A stretch of DNA of 64,000 bases from Oopsacas minuta (taxonomy: Eukaryota; Animalia; Porifera). How positions within the stretch are numbered: position 1 is the stretch's first letter; the number at the start of each line of letters is the position of its first letter. The position numbers and the translations under genes were made by a program. The notes under the pieces were generated by a model that saw nothing but the letters and a program-made list of their open reading frames with translations, did no database searches and was not told the origin of the DNA. This document shows, piece after piece, positions 55,521-64,000 of the stretch. The DNA is taken from assembly GCA_024704765.1 (NCBI GenBank), contig JAKMXF010000222.1:682001-746000 (forward strand), in the 5' to 3' direction.

Positions 55521-56203
55521 ACAATAGCTTTGAACGAACTAATATAGTTCAAAACTATCTAATTTTCGAAATATCCATTTTAGCAAAGCATTGTTAAATT
55601 GTGAATAAGTAATCGTGATATATATTGTTGAGTGTCAGAATCGAACTCTACGTACATATTTAGCCAGTGGAAGCGAATCTCTATGACCATTTTGAAATTT
55701 TGAAATATTCGCCAAAAAGTGTGAAATCTGATCAATCATATGAAAAATTTACATTTATATATATATATACAAATACACACCACCAGAACCAATTTTATGC
55801 CCATAGACTTAATTGCCAAATCATACAAACTGATTGGGCTAATGAAAACGTGTGATAAGTGTGAAGAGAAATTCCAAATGTCAGGTGCACATCTAGAGGT
55901 CACCAGGATTATACATGCCAGGTTTGTGACTTAATCTCTAAAGGAGTGAACAGGAGAGCGAACACACACACACACACACATAGATATACAAATATACTAA
56001 GTCAAACATCTAATACTGAGCAGCTATACTATATAGCATAGTCGGCACAGTAAAAAATGGTAAAAGAACAGTATTCCTCCATTATTGGGAAGAGTGTCCA
56101 TATTATAGTACTGTTAACCGCTAAAATTCTGATTCCTCAGGCATCTTCGGGCCCATTTAGTTTATATTAAACTAAAAAGTAATAATTAACAAATTAAAAC
56201 TTA

Positions 56204-57117
56204 CAAGCGCGGTTCGCTTGCTAGGTCACAAGCGAAACAAAATTTCGCAGTTGAATTACTACTTAAGCTAACCTGAGCACTAAGCAGTAACAGATTAGTG
56301 CTCATGAAAGCTTAAGTATTAATGAAACTGCGAAATTTTATTATTGGTCGTGATGTGACAGAATATACTCGGCACTACGTGCATGGAATTCACAGAATAG
56401 TTAAAACTTTAAGATTTTATGATCATTGTCCATCCACATTACATTACATGGCCTTCTGTGGTGACACTGGAGATACTATGCAGCTTTTGTTAGTAATCTC
56501 GGCATTTCGCGCCTCGAGTATCAAGAAATGTGAAATTATTGAATATTTTTGAAAGTCATGATGACGTAATAATCCAATGATGAGTAAGCTTTTGTTCAGA
56601 ATCATGACGTCAGGACATTTGTCACATTGAGGGATACCTGAGATTCAAATTTATAACTTCTATCATGTATATTGGCTGAGCAGTGGTAAATAATGTTATT
56701 TTCGAAAATCCAAAAAGGTAACAATGACGCTATAATTTCATCATAGGTGTGAATTCTCGTTCAAGACTCGAAAGTGTCCGAGCCAGGCCCAAAATACCCC
56801 TGTATGCCAAAATCAACACTGGGGGTCTTGTGCTGATTTTGGCATACAGGGGTATTTTGGGCCTGGCTCGGACACTTTCGAGTCTTGAACGAGAATTCAC
56901 ACCTATGATGAAATTATAGCGTCATTGTTACCTTTTGGATTTTCGAAAATAACATTATTTAAATTATTAGTCCCACAAAAACTAATCACAAGGCACGTAG
57001 TGCTGAGTATAGCCTTTCGCGTAGCGACCAAAAGCATGAAAAATGTAGCTGTTTAACGCTTAAGCTAACTGAGGCTATAAGCTGTCGCGCAGCGACCTAG
57101 CAAGCGAAGCGCGCTAG
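56204..57117. mobile_element. Composite of family A Helitron sequence with an internal inverted duplication and two outward-facing 3' ends
   Basis: Minus-strand 3' end at about 56204; plus-strand 3' end ...gcgaagcgcgCTAG|T at 57117; near-identical arms 56687-56819 and 56830-56961. Confidence 0.75.
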
Positions 57118-58624
57118 TATATATATATACAGACATGGCCATGATACAGATTAATTGCGTTTTAATAATATAGGTACATACTTACTTATAGTATTGAGAT
57201 ACCGTTTGTCATTAATATATTGATGTTACTAAAATGCATAAATATTCACAAGGTATTATATAATTTTTGTTAAATGGATAGAAAATTTTTCGGTAGATGT
57301 TGACAAGGATTGAAATATGTCAAATTTTGTCAAAGAGTTGCTACATACTAAACTACATAATAAAATAATAATTTATACAGTAAACACCAGTAACTCAAAC
57401 TCTAAAGATTTGTTCCAAAAATTGAGTGCTAGAGTTAACTAATGCGATAAGTACAAAGTACAACGGAGGGAAGTGAATATTCTTCTAGATAAAAGAATAT
57501 TCTAGATAAAGAATATTCGAGGTAAAGGAAATTCGAGACAGCGAATATAAACAGAATAGTAAACGAGGGGAAAAGTAAAATTAGTAGCATCTGGAGAGGG
57601 AATTGCTAAAAAGTCAAGAAGGACAAGATCCTTAACATGAATATTCACATAGAGATGGTCGTGACTTACTAAATATAAGGCCATGGAGTAGGTTCAGAAA
57701 AATGGACGAGGGATATGTCCCCAGGCCGAGTAATAAACAGGGTGAGTATATATTAGAGAATCGTAGCGTCATTACCCGAATAAATGTATTGCATATTTGC
57801 AGAACAACACATTGTTAGACATAATATGCTTATGTGCCTACTAAGCATGAATTTTTAATTTAAGAATCGCAAAAATTATTGTAAGATCAGGATAGGCAAT
57901 TTGTATTAAATGTTATCATTACTATTACGAATATAAAATAATCATGAATATACTCATAAATGGTTAATTTAAGATTACGTAATAAGCCAAGAGATATCAT
58001 ATCAAAATGTAGTACCAGGGTATGGAAAGTTGGGTGTATACTATAAATGGCTATAGAGACTTCATAATAATTTACGCTATTATCGTGTTATAATTGAATA
58101 TTCCAAAAATCTGTCATTGGAAAATTATGCTAATCTTATACCGGAGATAGAACCATAAATATTGCACACTACATCTCAAAGTTAATATATGAAACTATCT
58201 ATAGATACTTATATACAATATATCATGGATTACAAACTTTTATGAATATTCAATCCAGGGCCTCCTGTAATTAAAGAAGAGCCAACTTTTGCACAAATTT
58301 TAGACATTTTGCATAAAATTATCTAAAGATCATTTCATATATTAACTTTGAGATGAATGTGCAATAATTAAGGTTCAATTTAGTTTCAAAATCAGCATAA
58401 CTTACCAAATAATTGAGTACTAAACACACCTCCAAAAACAAAATTAGAACTTATTTGTTTACTGAAAGGATTGTAAATATATGGAAAAGTTACCTGATGA
58501 AATTATTAGTTTGGATCAATTTCTCTGTTCAAAAACAGACTTGAAGCATACTAGAAAGATCCAAAGAGTCTCCTCCACATGTTCTTGTTACAAACCTAAT
58601 GATTTTGGTATTCCATTGCCTTAA

Positions 58625-59747
58625 GGCATCAACCGAGTTTAGTACTCAAAGAATCGTATGTTTTCAAGCATTTGACTACCGTGGTTTTCAATCTTTTATT
58701 GAATCGCAGAACCTCTAAACCTACAGCGATAGCTCGCAGAACCTTGATTTATAATAATTGTTTTCGCTAGTTTCCTTCAATTATACATTCCACAAATAAA
58801 CAATGGCATCTATACTAATACTTAAAATTATGTAAAAATCTTTCACATTTTACATAATTTTTGGGTTTCAGATGTAATTGAGAGAATAACTTGATATCCA
58901 AGGAAATTTGTAAAGTGGTTGGTATTAAGTATACAATATTGATAACAATTTAATAACAATCTACATATATTTCCGATATCAGAAAAGGGATATCACGAAA
59001 ATTTAATACAATAGAATATACGTTTATGCAGACGTACTTCGGTTAGTAGATACATATATATGATTCAAAGAAGATAAGTCTTAATCGAGTTCCATTATAT
59101 ATACTTGCTAAGCAGATTATAACGTTTAATACAATGGTTCCCATTGGGGTTCTGAGAGATTCATTGGTAGATCGATGTATAGCGTTATTTAAAAGAAATG
59201 ATCTAAAAATACCCACTCATAAAGAATCATCCAGCGCAGAACAGTTTACCCTTACGGAAGAAGAAAATTAACTGAAGTTTTTTCCTCATAAATATTTCCC
59301 GAAAGTCACGCAACCTTGGGTGTGCGGGGTGCACCCAGATAAAGGCCTGTGTGGGTGCGAACTAGGATTTTCTGCTATGAAAACAATAAAATTAATATAC
59401 CAAAGAGAACGACTTCTCTCTATTGAAGAAGAGATGCGAGTATGTCCATCGACAATCAGCCCCAGAATAAAACAGATATTTCACGAGGCGTAAGCTTCTC
59501 ACAGGAAATGTAATAGAATTAATTTAGTAATTGGCACTTAGTGATTACTAAGTATTAGTATAGATGCAATTGTTTATTTGTGGGAAATGTATGATCAAAG
59601 GAAACTACCGAAAACAAATATTCTAAATCAAAGTTCCGCCGCCTATCGCAACAGATGTAGGGATTCAGGGATTCGAAATAGGTTGAAAATCTGTTTGTTT
59701 AATGCAAGAAACATACGATTCTTTAAGTACTAGACTCGGTTGATGCC
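58625..59747. mobile_element. Non-autonomous TTAA-flanked element with about 200-bp diverged TIRs, Kolobok-like
   Basis: TTAA|ggcatcaaccgag...ctcggttgatgcc|TTAA; complementarity continues to about 58825 and 59545. Confidence 0.8.
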
Positions 59748-61556
59748 TTAATATTGGACAAAGAGGACAGTCCTTTGAAAAAGGATACATAGCTACCCTG
59801 ATTATAGACAGAGACATATACAGGCACACGGACGTCAAAAGAAAGATTTTCCGCGGCCCATTGATTATTATCAAAGGCTCAGTTTACATATCCATAATCT
59901 ATACTATAAAAACACAATTTAAGCATTGTATATATATATATATATCGGTATGTTCGGAGCTTCAGTATTACCAAAGAAAGCCATTAAATGGAATTTGGAT
60001 AGACCATGGAAAATAAAATTAAAATTTCCGAAAAATTAACCTCGAGGTACGTATTGCTGAGTATATCCCGTCGCGTAGTGACGTAGCAAGCGAAGCACGC
60101 TAGTGCAATTTTATATAGAAAGAAACAGTGATTTCGGAGAGCGTAGGGCGACAGAATAATCTTTTCAGGCTGACTAGCTGGTGCTTTAATGCTTTGGTAG
60201 GCCGTCAAATATGGTAATTTAACATTTTACATTAAAGGGTTATCTGCTGCTTCAACCATACACTATATCGGCCGATTTTTGGAGGGAACACTGGAAATAC
60301 AGTTGTTCCCCAATTTTGGATATTACTCCTCCTATCAAGGGGACTTATAATTTGGTAATAGTGGTGTCGTGTTCTCTAGGCCCAGTGACCACCAAATTTT
60401 CGATGCTACACAGAGATTAGAAAAGGTTGAAATCTACAGGAATGAGTTTAGGTATACTTGATGTTCACACAAGGGCAGGGCCCCTTTATCAATATTTCCA
60501 AGGATGCAAGTTGCAACCGATTAGTTAGATATTTGGTCCAAAAGAAATATAATTGCCGATTTGTTATCGAAATTACTAACCGAAATATAGATTCGGTTAA
60601 GTTAAGCAAAAGGTACCTCAATCAGTATTCACATCGCTCAGTATCCGATAAGGCAAAATTCATGAATAATTTCACGAATATTTGCAAAATTCACTTTAAA
60701 AATCAAAAATCAATGGTGAAAAAAGCCTAATGTGGGACTATTTTGGCTAATTTTCAGTGATGTATATACATATATAATATTTGTTTGCAATCCCCTGTAC
60801 CAAATCTAAGTTTAAAAATCGAATATTTTGTATTCAATAATATTCAGCGTTGAAATTATTGAAACTGCCAAAACAACAACAAAATTTCAGCCAAATAACA
60901 AAAAATTTATTCATATTTGATTTCGAAAGAATATTTCATAAAGTGGAAAACAATGAGAAAAGTAAGATAACAAAATTTTAGAAATTGTTGCCACCGCAAT
61001 GGCCGCTGCAATCGCGGGGTTTCCGAAGCATATTAGTGGAAGCCGCATTTCCTACTCGTTTTATTTTTCTATTTATTTCATGCTCAGACAGTGAAGAATG
61101 TGGGATTTAGATACTTTTTCACAAGTTTATTCTTACTAAATTTTTTTGCAAAGAAATGGTGAGAAATGCCTGTTTCAATTGTACTATTGATCTATGAATG
61201 ATAAAAATGGACGTAACTGTGGAGGCTAATACTCTGGTCACAAATCACCCAGTTTCAAATGTACTTAACAATATGACACTCGATTTCTACAAACAATTTA
61301 GCCATCAAACTGGCGTTCTGAAGCTTATGTTAGAATACAGGAATAATTATGCCTAGGAAGCCCAATGACGGGAGGGGGTAAATTGAAGATGAATTAAATA
61401 ACAAATGTCACGTAGAATTATGACTATTTCGGCAGGAGGACGTAATTGCCCACTGTGCGGCACGCATGTTTATTACTTCAGTCAATCAAACGAATCCAGA
61501 AAAAATATATTTCATATTGAACCGAAAGATAATTATCGAAGTGAACGTAAAATTAC

Positions 61557-61789
61557 CTTTAATGTTTCATTCATCAACTCATTTGACGTAAACATATAAT
61601 CATCTTCATCTTCTCGATATTCAACGAGTGAGGAAACATTCTCCATTAACATAGATAAATAGCCACTACGGGCAGAACGAAACAAATCTTCTTGCATATT
61701 ATCATATATCTGTCTTTTCAGTGACTTGTCCAATTTGCACCAACTAGCTCCCAAAGGTAGTTGCATCAGTGCCTTTTCCAAAGGTAAAC
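61557..61789 (-). CDS. ARHGAP35/ARHGAP5-like: p190 exon: FF3 and first half of FF4
   Basis: ttctag|gt...aag|gtaatt; (G)LPLEKALMQLPLGASWCKLDKSLKRQIYDNMQEDLFRSARSGYLSMLMENVSSLVEY...ETLK resembles p190A GKPWEEAR...[42 protein letters not shown]. Confidence 0.8.
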
Positions 61790-62429
61790 CTAGAACAGTA
61801 TTCAGTTAAGATTTCAGGCTAAATGATAAATATATGTATATGTTGCAGTGTAGTATATTGACTTTGGGTGTTCATACATGTACACAAAAAGATGGCGTAC
61901 ATGCATGTACACTGGTGTATATTCACTCTAAAAAGTGTATCACTTCTTGTAAAGTAATAGTTTATACATTATTGCCAATAACTTATTTGTGGCTTAATTA
62001 ATGTTCAGTAAAGCTCATTAATACCAAAGGCAGCCCCTCAATACTTTTTCAATTATTAAGGAAATAAATGAATACTTGCGAAAAACTTACTGGTATTAAT
62101 TATCAATAACCATGAGTTCAAGTTTCTACTTGTAGTATAATATTTAAAGAATTAGATATCGTTTTCATTTGGTAGTATACGAAACTTGTTGGAAGGAAAA
62201 ATAATTGTATCAAGTGTTAAGCCCATTTGTTTATCTAAAAGTCATCTGCTATACTAGTAAAGTAGAATCTTTATAACTATAAGTACTAGTGAAAAATTTT
62301 TAGTGCAATAAACAAAGTCAATATTTACATGATGTTTGTAATTTGTTATCGCATCAGTTGGATAGTTATCGCAACATCCAACTGATCTCGTTCTTTAGTA
62401 GAAAGATCCAAACGAGTTTGTGGCTTAGT

Positions 62430-62740
62430 TAAAATAGAGAGCTAACTCGGACAACCTGGTAGGAGCTTTGGAACTGCATCTCGGTGAAATCTAAACATGG
62501 TACGCTTAATTCTAACTTGGTTCCATTGGGTTGAGGAATAGAAAAGTACTTTTCAACATTTTCACCATGGAAGTGTTTCAGACACACATATATTTTTAAG
62601 GTACTCAATGTTTTCTGGGTGAAGAATGATTTCCTTTCGGCACCAAGTTGAGGTGGTCCTTTAGGCATCTTGAATACAGGTGTAGGTGCGCTTGCGACGT
62701 AAGCAATCGCAACGATATCTCCAGTACGGAAGCTGGTAAA
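62430..62740 (-). pseudogene. Degenerate THAP domain, probably a transposase N-terminus
   Basis: PVFKMPK.P..L, frameshifted ILHPENIE.LK, then IYVCLKHF...KYFSIPQPNG fits the C2CH THAP pattern. Confidence 0.6.
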
Positions 62741-62877
62741 ATTAGCAGTGTTACCGTAGGAGTGTAAATTCCCATGGGAATACCCTTGGGAATGGGAAAC
62801 GATTTCCTAATGATGGGCTTCCCACTTGGGAATTTTTGGGGATCCTGTGAGAAACTAGGAATTCAATGCGATTGCTA

Positions 62878-64000
62878 CACGGGTCTCTGAAATCGTGATC
62901 ACGGTCAAAAGAATACGGATACTACGAAATTTGCAGTGTGATTGTAAAATTGGGTGTCATATCCAAACTAGCCGTAAACTCTTTAGTTCCGATTTCTGCA
63001 GTTTGAATTTGAAACCATTCATCATAACGAGATAGTATTTGTACTCAAGAATTGAATTGTATACGGTAATAGGATGTGGTTTTAGTCATTATTTGCGACA
63101 AGAGATATTTATTAACCAATTATCACTCTAATTCATGCCAATATGATAATATTTGAGGTCAATACGAACAATACACGAAAGTATTTGAACACCTAAATAT
63201 AGATCAAGATTGTCTTTGGCCAAATGTTTCATGTACAATCTGTAAACTTTATTTGACCATGGTTGCGAGTAGCGATGCCCCTCAGAAACAGCCAATTCGA
63301 TTTAATTGGCCCAATCTCTTGCATCAAACGCGTTCAACATGTGCTCCTAGTAATCAATGCACAATGTGTGAGGAAATGATTAGATTTGGAAGACGTTCTC
63401 TTGCAAAATCTGAAATCCACATGCAAAACCAGGGGGCCGATGATAAATACTCCAGCAAAGGTTGTTAAACATTGTAGCAAATGCTTGAGCGAAATTTCGC
63501 AAGGTATATCGCATCAATGCACTAAAAGGTTTCTGATTGACAATACCCACCAGCATTTATATATATCACAGAAATGCACTCGATCAGTATACTTTCATAA
63601 CATGTTAAAACGTTTTCAAGAAAGAGACAACATTGCATTAAGTATCCAACTCCCACGACAAGAAGGGAGTTATCCTCCAATTGGCAGCGCTTCAAACTCT
63701 ACACATTTTCACACCTCAATCAGAATCTAGGAAGCAACGAATTGGGTTCGGCAAGATCATGCAACTTAAATCAACTCGTGAAATGTCGAATTATCAATTT
63801 TAAAAGGTGTCTTCAGTTTTGCGAGACTCTGGAATTCGTTGTCCGACAATGGAATAGTAATTTGAGAAGAAGAAATAATTATGTATCGATAAGAATCTAG
63901 CCATTGTATTTAACATATGGATGTCAAATGCAATGGCTAGATTCAATATTCCAGAGTTGCATTTGATGTTAGGAGTGGGACAAAAGTTGTATGCCATACT
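62878..64000 (+). mobile_element. Left part of an unclassified DNA transposon with a decayed Cys-rich ORF; runs off the window
   Basis: cacgggtctctgaaatcg start; fragments FNWPNLLHQTRSTC..QCTMC and KHCSKCLSEISQGISHQC; no right end visible. Confidence 0.4.

Larger units (their letters stand above)
3538..61789 (-). other. ARHGAP35/ARHGAP5-like: Partial span of a multi-exon p190 RhoGAP-like gene; the 5' GTPase/FF1-2 exons lie beyond 64000 and the RhoGAP exons are probably before position 1
   Basis: Collinear minus-strand GT-AG exons whose translations follow the remembered human p190 order FF3-FF4, pG1, pG2, linker; splice phases are consistent across the six 3' exons. Confidence 0.85.

Noticed and set aside
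57670-57750. HFSEPTPW with a gtaagt donor, resembling FF2
   Set aside because: No AG acceptor within the open frame, and it would be out of order relative to exon 61557-61789

Overview
AT-rich eukaryotic (probably invertebrate animal) genomic DNA dominated by transposons; no prokaryotic features, CRISPR arrays or RNA genes could be supported. Reading the minus strand by hand shows that almost the whole window lies inside one spliced gene that the ORF track only catches in fragments: a p190 RhoGAP (ARHGAP35/ARHGAP5-like) homologue. Seven well-supported exons (61557-61789, 23818-23956, 14070-14228, 10923-11101, 9682-9766, 9151-9323, 3538-3786) and one probable exon (27403-27468) encode FF3/FF4, the two pseudoGTPase domains and the start of the linker. 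The six 3' exons splice GT-AG into one 984-nt open frame. An intact, intronless Notum/pectin-acetylesterase-family hydrolase (18348-19538, +) is nested antisense in a 9.6 kb intron of that gene. The introns hold a full-length but dead hAT element carrying a nested 916-bp foldback, a dead mariner, a MULE remnant, an internally deleted Ginger-like element, two TTAA Kolobok-like elements, THAP remnants, many hAT and Tc1-type MITEs (several with perfect TSDs) and many non-autonomous Helitron copies. All homology calls come from remembered motifs, not database searches.
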